Shown piece after piece: positions 1-7,553 of a DNA stretch of 21,588 bases; position 1 is the stretch's first letter; every line of letters begins with the position of its first letter. The stretch is taken from contig JAYUVP010000253.1 in assembly GCA_043753995.1 (NCBI GenBank), positions 1-21,588 of the forward strand. The letters are read 5' to 3'. The notes under the pieces were generated by a model. It was given only the letters and a program-made list of their open reading frames with translations, made no database searches and was not told where the DNA came from. The position numbers were made by a program, and so were the translations under genes. The stretch is from Fibrobacterota bacterium. GTDB taxonomy: Bacteria; Fibrobacterota; Fibrobacteria; UBA11236.

Positions 1-90
1 CGCATACCGGGAGTATGCAAGCGACGAGCAACGCAGCCAGGTGGGCCGCATTCCGGCCGAATGGCAAGTTTATTTGCGCCGGAGCCCTAA
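1..90. repeat. Probable right-hand part of a dispersed, structured MITE-like intergenic repeat, truncated by the window edge
   Basis: Hairpin GCATAC-cggga-GTATGC (2-18), then AAGCGACGAGCAACGCAG, a second hairpin CATTC-cggcc-GAATG (49-63), ending GCCCTAA 5 nt before the glnE stop. The layout resembles dispersed bacterial repeats I recall. Only one copy is visible here. Confidence 0.4.
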
Positions 91-95
91 AGTCC

Positions 96-3000
96 TCAAT
101 GATCAAAAAGCTGCCCCGACACATGGAGCAAGGTCAGCATGTGTTTGCGATAGTGGTCGAGAAAAGGTAAGGTGGCCGGTTGGCCGAAGCGGGCATCATA
201 ACCCATGCGCCTCGCCAGCTTTTCCATTTCGACGGGGTCCGAAGGCATATCATGGTGTTGCTGCATGGCCAGCAATTGCAGGCGATGTTCCACGCGACGC
301 AAAAACACATAAGCTGAAGCCAAGGTTTGGTGCTGGCTGGGCGTCAAGATGCGATAACGTTGCAAGCGGCCCAAGGCCTCCAGGGTATTGCCGCCGAGGA
401 TTTCGGGCAAGTCATGGCCATGGCGAATTTGCAGGGCCTGGGTGAAAAATTCCACCGTGCGTATGCCGCCCGGGCCTAATTTGACTTCTCCCGCCAGGCG
501 CCTTTGCTGCTGCAATTGCTGCAAAGCCATATGCCTCACCTTGATCATGCTGGCTTCAATATCGGCGCGGCGATCGGGGTGCAAGGCCACGGATTGCACC
601 GAAGCGATGAAGGCCGGCCCCAGGGAACCTTGGCCGGCCACGGTGCGGGCCTTCAACCAAGCCTGTAATTCCCAACCCTGCGCCTCTTCGCGATAATAGC
701 GAAGGTATTGCGCTTCGGTGCCAGTCAAATAACCCTGGCGGCCCCACGGACGTAAATTCATGTCCACACGGAAAACGCGTCCGGCGGCGGTCAACGAGGA
801 AAGCAGCTGGATCAAATCGCGGGCGCAGGCATCAAAGAGGGATTGAGCCTCGGCGCTATCGTCGCTAGGGTCACTAGCCATGCCTTGACCGTCGCGCAGG
901 GCAATCAAGTCGATATCCGAGCTGTAATTCAATTCTTGCCCGCCGAGCTTGCCCATGGCAATCAAGGCCCAGTCGGTTTGGGGAAAGCGCTTTTGCCAAG
1001 GCGCAAAAACGGTTTGCACCGCCGCGCGAATCAGGGCATCGGAAAGCAGGGAAATGTCACGCGTGATGCGTTGCAAGTGATGATTCAAGTGCACGTCACG
1101 CAAGGCAATGCGCAAATACTCGTGATCGCGGAAGCGACAAAGCTGTTCGGCCAAGGCCTCTCGGTTCTTTACCTCATCCCCTTTGGCCAGCGGGTTTTGG
1201 GCTTGTATAAAGGCCGCCAAATCCTTTTCCAGCGCAGCGGCATTGAGGGCTTCCTCCAAAATGCCCGGCCGCAAAACCTCTTTCAGCCAATTGGATTCGC
1301 GCACCAAGACGTCACCGAGATAAACGCTATGACCAAACAGGGTGAGTAAGCCATGCAAAAGCGGAGGGTGATGCAGCATTTGCTTCACCGTCACATCGGG
1401 ATAGGGTTGGGCCGCGAAGTAGCGTACCAATTGCCGCAGCACGAATTCGGGATCGGGGCTTTTGAGCAGGCGCTCTTCGGCCAAAAGCAAGGCGGCGGCA
1501 AGCAGACGTTTTTCCACGACCAGGGAAAACAAATCCAGAAACAAATGACGGGCACGCGGTAAATCGGTCATGCCCATGCGTCGCAAGGCGGGCTCGCATT
1601 CCTCCAGCGGGCAAATCGGGTCCATGAGATTTTGCGCCAGGGAGGTGTATAAAAAATCAGGCTTGGCCGCGCCCCGAAAGCGATAGTCGAAAAAGCCGCT
1701 CACCGATTGACGAATGGAGCGGATGTCCCAATCCAATTGGTTATCGGGCTTGTGGCCAGAGCGCAAGGCATAGCCCATTTTCAATGCCAAATGATGCTGT
1801 TCGGGCGTGCCCAGGCGCGGTACGGTTAAGTCCTTGGCCATGCCCCGATTCAGTCGTAAATGGCCCTGCAACCGTCTCAGGAATAGAAAGGCATTGTAAC
1901 TCCGCTCGAATTCGGCCAAGGACAAAACGCCGACTTCCAGCAAGGCCTCCAAGGCCATGGTCGTCGAAGCCTGGCGCAAATGGGGATGTTGGCGGCCATA
2001 CTGTAATTGCAGGAATTGCACGGCATATTCAATGTCGACCATGCCCCCCGGACTGAATTTCACGTTGAAACTGTCGGGCTTGGTCTTGACCTGTATTTGC
2101 TGCTCGCGCAAATGTAAGGTGTGCTCTAGGCCCACCGGGGGATTGCGGAAAACCAAATCGTCGCGCCATTGCATGCAGGATTGCAAAAAGCCCGCATCGC
2201 CCACCAAGGGCCGCAAGCGCAAATGCGCCTGCACTTCATAATCCAGCGCGCCGCCATTCGGGCTGAGATATTGCCGCCAAGCTTCGGCATGAGCGGCCAT
2301 GGGCCCGCTATCGCCATGGGGGCGCAAGCGCCAGTCCAGGGCGAAAGTGCTTCCCTGCGGAGCCTGCCACAATTGCTGCAATCGCATCGCGACTTGCGAG
2401 AAAAACGTGCCCTGGCGTAGGGGTTCTTCTCCCGTGGCCTCGGGTGGTTGAGCGAGGGTTTCGGAGTCTTCATGGAGAAGCAGGATTTCCAAATCGGATC
2501 CGGCGCCTAATTCCTGGCCGCCGAATTTGCCCAGGGCGAAAAGCCCATAAGCTCCAGGATTTCCGTGCTTTACACGCATTTCATTCAGTAAGAGGTCGAG
2601 GGCGGCTTCCAAGCAAGCTTCTGCTAAAGACGTTAGCGCCGCGCTCATGGGCTCAATGCGCGATTCGGGATCGAGTAAAAACCCGATTTCAATTTTCAGT
2701 ACTTCGCGGTGACGCCAGGCGACCAGGGTGGGGAAGGGCTCCCCCTCGGATTGCAAAAGTGTCTTCACCAAGCGTTGGGCATAGGTTGCCCGCGAAGGTG
2801 CGGTTTCTCCCATGCCTTCGTCGAGCAGGGTTTTAAAGCCCGTCGGCCCCAGGGATAAAACCTGATCCCAAAGATGCGGCCCATGACTCAAGACGCGCGC
2901 CAAGGCAGGCAAAAATTGGGCGTCCATGGCTTCGCCTTCGGCGAGCGCGGTGGCCGAGGGTAGCCAGGTTTCCAACATGCGATTGAGGCCAAGCAAGGCG

Positions 3001-3842
3001 GCGGGGATATCCGAGGCCGCGCTCAAGGCGCTGACAAAACGCTCCATGAGCAAGAGCGCCACCCGCAGAGGTTCGGTTTCTTCCGGATGCCTCAGGGGTT
3101 TGCCCTGCGGGCCTACCAGTAGAAATTGATCGCTGATCCCCGCTTGCTCGGATGCGGACAGCATTTTCAAGATGACGATATTTTGCAGGCTGATGCCGAG
3201 ACTCAGGCAAAACAACATGCCCTGATGATCGGGCCCGCGAATAATCATCTTGGTGCATTTGGGCAAGGACTCGAAATGAATTTCTAGTGGCAAGGCATGG
3301 GGGTCCGGGCTATTGGCCGGGTCAAGTCGGGCGATTCGCTTCGAAATGATGTCGGTTCTTAAACCGGCAGTGTCCCTGGTAGCCAGCCGGGAATAAAGTT
3401 GAGAAAGTCTCGAATGCAATTCCGCTTGGGCTATGTCTTCGCAAAAAGCGAGATCGGCATGCTCCAAAACCAGGAAATCCACGACATGATCCGCCGGAGT
3501 CCCGTCATTCGGACGGCGAGTGCAGGTGAAGACTCGGGCGGACCGAATGTCATAACCCAAGCCTGTCAGTAAACCCGTGAGGCCGGCCAATAGCCCGGGA
3601 TAATCCAAGCCAATCAAGGTTAGGCCGCAGGATTTTTCACCGAAGGCTTCGACCTTGAGCTGAAACGGTGCGTCGTCCGAAACCTGCGCCATGAGTTGCA
3701 CATGCTCGCGAATCGAAGGCAAATCGAATTCTTGGTAATAATCGCTGTCGAGCTGAAGGATATGGCGCATGCGATAGCCTTCAGGCAAATCGGCCATATT
3801 GGCGAGGGCTTGTCGCTTATCTCCAGGGGATAGGACCGTCAT
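96..3842 (-). CDS. glnE: Bifunctional glutamine synthetase adenylyltransferase/adenylyl-removing enzyme with N-terminal tandem ACT domains (about 1248 aa)
   Basis: Two nucleotidyltransferase signatures, GKFGGQELGAGSDLE (2487-2531) and GKLGGQELNYSSDID (909-953). Each is followed by GlnE motifs DxxLRPxG, KxxPGG-xx-x(I/V)E and FLRR. Directly downstream of glnA. Start placed at ATG 3842 because the ORF-track TTG at 3881 lies in the glnA terminator U-tract. Confidence 0.93.
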   Translation of the reverse strand: MTVLSPGDKRQALANMADLPEGYRMRHILQLDSDYYQEFDLPSIREHVQLMAQVSDDAPFQLKVEAFGEKSCGLTLIGLDYPGLLAGLTGLLTGLGYDIRSARVFTCTRRPNDGTPADHVVDFLVLEHADLAFCEDIAQAELHSRLSQLYSRLATRDTAGLRTDIISKRIARLDPANSPDPHALPLEIHFESLPKCTKMIIRGPDHQGMLFCLSLGISLQNIVILKMLSASEQAGISDQFLLVGPQGKPLRHPEETEPLRVALLLMERFVSALSAASDIPAALLGLNRMLETWLPSATALAEGEAMDAQFLPALARVLSHGPHLWDQVLSLGPTGFKTLLDEGMGETAPSRATYAQRLVKTLLQSEGEPFPTLVAWRHREVLKIEIGFLLDPESRIEPMSAALTSLAEACLEAALDLLLNEMRVKHGNPGAYGLFALGKFGGQELGAGSDLEILLLHEDSETLAQPPEATGEEPLRQGTFFSQVAMRLQQLWQAPQGSTFALDWRLRPHGDSGPMAAHAEAWRQYLSPNGGALDYEVQAHLRLRPLVGDAGFLQSCMQWRDDLVFRNPPVGLEHTLHLREQQIQVKTKPDSFNVKFSPGGMVDIEYAVQFLQLQYGRQHPHLRQASTTMALEALLEVGVLSLAEFERSYNAFLFLRRLQGHLRLNRGMAKDLTVPRLGTPEQHHLALKMGYALRSGHKPDNQLDWDIRSIRQSVSGFFDYRFRGAAKPDFLYTSLAQNLMDPICPLEECEPALRRMGMTDLPRARHLFLDLFSLVVEKRLLAAALLLAEERLLKSPDPEFVLRQLVRYFAAQPYPDVTVKQMLHHPPLLHGLLTLFGHSVYLGDVLVRESNWLKEVLRPGILEEALNAAALEKDLAAFIQAQNPLAKGDEVKNREALAEQLCRFRDHEYLRIALRDVHLNHHLQRITRDISLLSDALIRAAVQTVFAPWQKRFPQTDWALIAMGKLGGQELNYSSDIDLIALRDGQGMASDPSDDSAEAQSLFDACARDLIQLLSSLTAAGRVFRVDMNLRPWGRQGYLTGTEAQYLRYYREEAQGWELQAWLKARTVAGQGSLGPAFIASVQSVALHPDRRADIEASMIKVRHMALQQLQQQRRLAGEVKLGPGGIRTVEFFTQALQIRHGHDLPEILGGNTLEALGRLQRYRILTPSQHQTLASAYVFLRRVEHRLQLLAMQQHHDMPSDPVEMEKLARRMGYDARFGQPATLPFLDHYRKHMLTLLHVSGQLFDH

Positions 3843-3879
3843 AGCCTTCAATGATAAGACGAGGAAATACCTGGGAGGC

Positions 3880-3914
3880 AAACAAAAAGGCCTCGACTCC
3901 TAAGAATCGAGGCC
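3880..3914 (-). terminator. Rho-independent terminator of glnA
   Basis: Minus strand reads GGCCTCGATTC-TTAG-GAGTCGAGGCC-TTTTTGTTT: an 11-bp stem (one G.U pair), 4-nt loop and U-tract, about 50 nt after the glnA stop. Confidence 0.85.
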
Positions 3915-3962
3915 AAGTATAACGGGGTGCGCGCCTTTTCGAGCTCGAGGCGCTAAGCCGCC

Positions 3963-5363
3963 TTAGTTATGGAAATACTGTTCAATCTCAATCGGGTTGG
4001 GACGGAATTTGAACGGTTCGACTTCAGCAGTAAGCTTGTAGTCGACATAGGCACCGATGAATTCTTCGCTGAAAACATCGCCTGCAGTGAGCCAGGCTTT
4101 GTCTGCGGCAAGTTCTTCAATGGCATGTTCCAGACTCTTGCAAGTGCCAGGCACCTTTGCAAGTTCTTCCGGAGGCAATTCATAGATGTTCTTGTCGAGG
4201 GGAGCGCCGGGTTCGATTTGATTCTTGATGCCGTCAATCATGGCCATGAGCATGGCGGCGAAAACCAAATAAGGCGAACCGGAAGAATCGGGGCAACGGA
4301 ACTCAAAACGGCGGGCCTTGTCGCCCTGCACATAAGGAATGCGAATCGAGGCCGAACGATTGGTAGCCGAATAGGCCAGGTTCACAGGAGCTTCATAGCC
4401 AGGAACCAAGCGGCGATAGCTATTGGTCGAAGCATTGGTGAAAGCCTGAATCGACTTGCCATGCTTGAGAATGCCACCGATGGCCCACAAAGCCATCTTG
4501 CTCATATTGGCATAGCCGTCGCCGGCAAAAAGGTTTTTGCCTTCTTTCCAGATGGAGGTATGCACGTGCATGCCGGAACCATTGTCACCAAACATGGGCT
4601 TAGGCATGAAGGTCACGGTCTTACCCACGGCAGCGGCAGTTTGCTTCAAGCAATACTTCAGCTTATGCACTTGGTCGCCGGCGGCGATAAGGGCTGCGAA
4701 TTTGCAGCCGATTTCACTTTGCGAGGTGGCGACTTCGTGATGATGAATTTCGGGTTCAATGCCCATTTTGATTAGGTTCAGAACCATCTCGTCGCGCAAG
4801 TCGGCATGGCTGTCGATAGGAGCGGCGGGGGCATAACCGAACTTGAAAGGAACCTTATGGCCGAGGCTGCCCTCTTCCATGGTGGTCCAAGGGCCTTCGC
4901 TGGTGATCAATTCGTAAAAGCTCAGATTGGGAGAACTCTTATAGCGAACGCCGTCGAAGATGAAAAATTCGGGCTCAGGGCCGAAAAAGGCTGTGTCACC
5001 AATGCCGCTGCTCTTCAAATAGGCCAAGGCCTTTTTGGCCACCGAGCGGGGGTCGCGATCATAAAGCTCACCGGTGCGGGGCTCAAGAATGTCGCAAAAC
5101 ATGCCCATGGTGGTTTGAGTGCGGAATGGATCGATGAAAGCCGAAGTTGGATCGGGCTTCATGATCATGTCCGACTTTTCGATGCTCTTCCAACCACGAA
5201 TCGAGGAGCCGTCAAATGCCATCCCCTCTTTGAACATGGTCTCGTCGAGGCGAGCCACGGGGAAGGTGAAGTGTTGCATAATGCCGAACATATCACCGAA
5301 CAATAGGTCAACGAACTTGACGCCATTGTCCTTGGCCATCTTGATGACTTCAGAGGGGGTCAT
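3963..5363 (-). CDS. glnA: Glutamine synthetase type I (GSI-beta), 466 aa
   Basis: Motifs FDGSSIRGW, FGPEPEFF, HHHEVA, TFMPKPMFGDNGSGMHVH, NSYRRLVPGYEAP, NRSASIRIP and RFEFRCPD. Adenylylation loop DKNIYELPPEE (Tyr codon 4182-4184). Strong SD AAAGGAG upstream. Confidence 0.98.
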   Translation of the reverse strand: MTPSEVIKMAKDNGVKFVDLLFGDMFGIMQHFTFPVARLDETMFKEGMAFDGSSIRGWKSIEKSDMIMKPDPTSAFIDPFRTQTTMGMFCDILEPRTGELYDRDPRSVAKKALAYLKSSGIGDTAFFGPEPEFFIFDGVRYKSSPNLSFYELITSEGPWTTMEEGSLGHKVPFKFGYAPAAPIDSHADLRDEMVLNLIKMGIEPEIHHHEVATSQSEIGCKFAALIAAGDQVHKLKYCLKQTAAAVGKTVTFMPKPMFGDNGSGMHVHTSIWKEGKNLFAGDGYANMSKMALWAIGGILKHGKSIQAFTNASTNSYRRLVPGYEAPVNLAYSATNRSASIRIPYVQGDKARRFEFRCPDSSGSPYLVFAAMLMAMIDGIKNQIEPGAPLDKNIYELPPEELAKVPGTCKSLEHAIEELAADKAWLTAGDVFSEEFIGAYVDYKLTAEVEPFKFRPNPIEIEQYFHN

Positions 5364-5431
5364 GGATTGGGATCTCCTTTAAGGATGAGAGGAAATAAGG
5401 TTTCTGGGGGATCAAAACCGATGGCTAACTT

Positions 5432-5447
5432 AGAAAAAAGCATGCCA
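5432..5447 (-). promoter_or_regulatory. Possible sigma-54-like (-24/-12) promoter of glnA
   Basis: Minus strand TGGCATG-CTTT-TTTCT versus consensus TGGCACG-N4-TTGCW. Spacing and -24 GG are correct, but the conserved -13 G is T. An IHF-like AATCAACCCTTAA lies at 5453-5465. Confidence 0.35.
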
Positions 5448-5556
5448 TGACTTTAAGGGTTGATTTGCCAAGATTTCGTCGTTTAGGCGGGTTTTTGAAA
5501 ACATATGTCATAATTGTCTGGATAATTAATGACACATGCTGTCACTAAAGGACAAA

Positions 5557-6138
5557 TTAGGGTGCGGCAACAGTTTTGAAATCCTTATAAAGCTGGCTGG
5601 CCTGAGGGGCTTTTTGCTTGCTGTACTTGCCCTTGTAATAGGTCACGGCTCCATCTGGGGTCATGAAATAAACCTGTCCGATGCGCACCCGGGGATAAAC
5701 CCGGATGGGGTGAACGACTTCGATTTCCAGGGTCCAGGTCGGGTATTGGCAAATCAAATTGCCATTTTCATCGGGGGTATAGCCCCAACCCACATCGCCG
5801 AAACCGGCGGTGATATGGGTATTGATGCCGAGACGGCCAATGGAACTGCGGCCTTCAAACATGGGGACATATTTCCAACTCGTGGCGGTTTCAATGCTGC
5901 ATCCCAAATACAGTTGGCCGGGTGTAAGTACCAAGCCGCTATCGGGGATTTGCAATTCGCGTGTCGGATTTTCACGCTTCATGTCGAGGCATTCCCCGGG
6001 CTTGAGGTCATAGACCAATAAAGCGGGGTGCAAGGTCACGTCATAAGAATTGGGTCCCAAATGGGCCGCTTCAAATGGTGAAACATGGATGTGGCCTAAA
6101 TCCATCTGACGTAGTATTTCGCTGCCTGTTAAAACCAT
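5557..6138 (-). CDS. dcd: dCTP deaminase (193 aa)
   Basis: MVLTGSEI N-terminus, GPNSYDVTL, EGRSSIGRLGI, HITAGFGDVG, WTLEI, IGQVYF and YKGKY are trimeric dUTPase/Dcd superfamily motifs. Start set at ATG 6138. The 70-aa upstream extension in the ORF track overlaps the divergent gene. Confidence 0.92.
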   Translation of the reverse strand: MVLTGSEILRQMDLGHIHVSPFEAAHLGPNSYDVTLHPALLVYDLKPGECLDMKRENPTRELQIPDSGLVLTPGQLYLGCSIETATSWKYVPMFEGRSSIGRLGINTHITAGFGDVGWGYTPDENGNLICQYPTWTLEIEVVHPIRVYPRVRIGQVYFMTPDGAVTYYKGKYSKQKAPQASQLYKDFKTVAAP

Positions 6139-6169
6139 GCCCCATAAGAAAGCAAAATCAAGGACCGAA

Positions 6170-7468
6170 TTGAAAGCAAAAACTGGATTCTGCTTATGGA
6201 GTGTGGCGTCTTTACTTGCCTTTCTGGCTTTGCCAGCAGAGGTCCAGGCTCGAACCGAAGGTAAATCCCCGCGAGCTAAGCAGAATTTCATTCCCCTGGA
6301 ATTGCCTTGGGCCACGGTTTCCAAGGACAGTGTCTCCTTGCTTTTCACCGCCTACTTGACCTTGCCCGACAGTCTTGCCGGTTGGCCCATGGCTTTTTGG
6401 CTGGATACCAATCAGGCACCCAAGGCGGATTCCGGGCTCTTGCTTTGGCGCAAACCCAAGCCCAGTGGCGACGAAGCGCATTTTCTGAAAGCCTTGCGAG
6501 CCTTGCTGGCTATGAATTGGCTCGAAGCCGGGCAAGGCCATCGTCAAGGTTTGGCCCTGGGAAAAAAATCACGACTCTATCCGGCCTATTTGGCTAATTC
6601 CGGTTTGATGCTTTTGGCCTTAGGCGAACGCGCTGAAGGCGAGGCACGCTTGCGCCGGGCCGCTTCGCTCCCGGGCAAGGCTGGCGAGCCCGCTTGGCGA
6701 TCGTGGGTGAATTTGGATTTGGCACTCGGAAAATGGAATGAGGCGGATAGCCTAGTCAGTACCATGCTGGTTTTGAAACCCGGCCATGATTTCGCGGCGC
6801 GCGCCAAATCGTTTTTGCTGCGGCAGGACAGCAGCGATCAAGCCTATGAGGATTTTCTGCGCAGCCAAACCCAAGGCCGCAAGGCTTCTCCCGGCTTGCG
6901 CAAGGTCTATGGCTCCTTGCTGCTGGAACGTGGGCGTTACCGGGAAGCCGCGCAAATGTTCCAAAGAGCGGTGGAAAGTGATCCCAAGGATGGAGATGCC
7001 TGGGTCGCCTTGGGACGGGCCTTTCAACGACAGGGATTATGGATCTTCGCCGAAGAATCGTTTCGACATGCGCTATCGGTTGGCACACGCGACCGAGGTG
7101 TTTTCGATGCCTATGCCCAGGTACTGATGGCCTGTTGTCTAGATGGCGATCGCAGTGGGCGAGAGCAAGTTTTGCAGCAAGCCCAGGAGTTATTAGAGCG
7201 CGGTGTCGCCTTGCAAATTTCCAATCGTGCCAGCGCGCGCTTGCTTTTCAATCTTTATGGATTGAGCGGGAAAACTGCGGCTGCTGCGGCTTTGCGTCGG
7301 AACCTTTGGTTCCATTTCGAAGGCCCCGAAACCCATCCGCCGCGTTTGGGTTTTGCGCCCTGGTTTCAAGGGGAACACCCACGCTACCTCAGTGCGGCCA
7401 TGACGGTTCGTACCTACCCGCTTTTTTTAGCCATGCAAAAAAAGGGGTATTTGCCCATCGATCTGTAA
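6170..7468 (+). CDS. Exported tetratricopeptide-repeat protein
   Basis: Signal-peptide-like N-terminus (KAKTG...SVASLLAFLALPAEVQA). TPR-like segments include YGSLLLERGRYREAAQMFQRAVESDPKDGDAWVALGRAFQRQG. Start uncertain: TTG 6170 (AAGGA upstream) is preferred over ATG 6137, which overlaps the dcd start codon. Confidence 0.8.
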   Translation: MKAKTGFCLWSVASLLAFLALPAEVQARTEGKSPRAKQNFIPLELPWATVSKDSVSLLFTAYLTLPDSLAGWPMAFWLDTNQAPKADSGLLLWRKPKPSGDEAHFLKALRALLAMNWLEAGQGHRQGLALGKKSRLYPAYLANSGLMLLALGERAEGEARLRRAASLPGKAGEPAWRSWVNLDLALGKWNEADSLVSTMLVLKPGHDFAARAKSFLLRQDSSDQAYEDFLRSQTQGRKASPGLRKVYGSLLLERGRYREAAQMFQRAVESDPKDGDAWVALGRAFQRQGLWIFAEESFRHALSVGTRDRGVFDAYAQVLMACCLDGDRSGREQVLQQAQELLERGVALQISNRASARLLFNLYGLSGKTAAAAALRRNLWFHFEGPETHPPRLGFAPWFQGEHPRYLSAAMTVRTYPLFLAMQKKGYLPIDL

Positions 7469-7553
7469 CCGGCGGCTCGCTTCGAGTACCGAGGGCCTTT
7501 AATACCTTTGTTCCCTGTTTTTTCCTTGGTTCCCAAACCTAGGGGTGTTGGTC

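Noticed and set aside
41..445. 134-aa plus-strand ORF
   Set aside because: Mostly antisense to glnE, with atypical composition and no motif.
3843..3881. 13-aa N-terminal extension of glnE from TTG 3881
   Set aside because: The TTG lies in the terminator U-tract with no SD. ATG 3842 fits better.
3969..5306. Long plus-strand ORFs of 268 aa and 166 aa opposite glnA
   Set aside because: Antisense shadows of a strongly codon-biased gene, with no recognisable motifs.
6139..6348. 70-aa N-terminal extension of dcd in the ORF track
   Set aside because: It overlaps the divergent TPR gene, and Dcd similarity starts at MVLTGSEI (6138).
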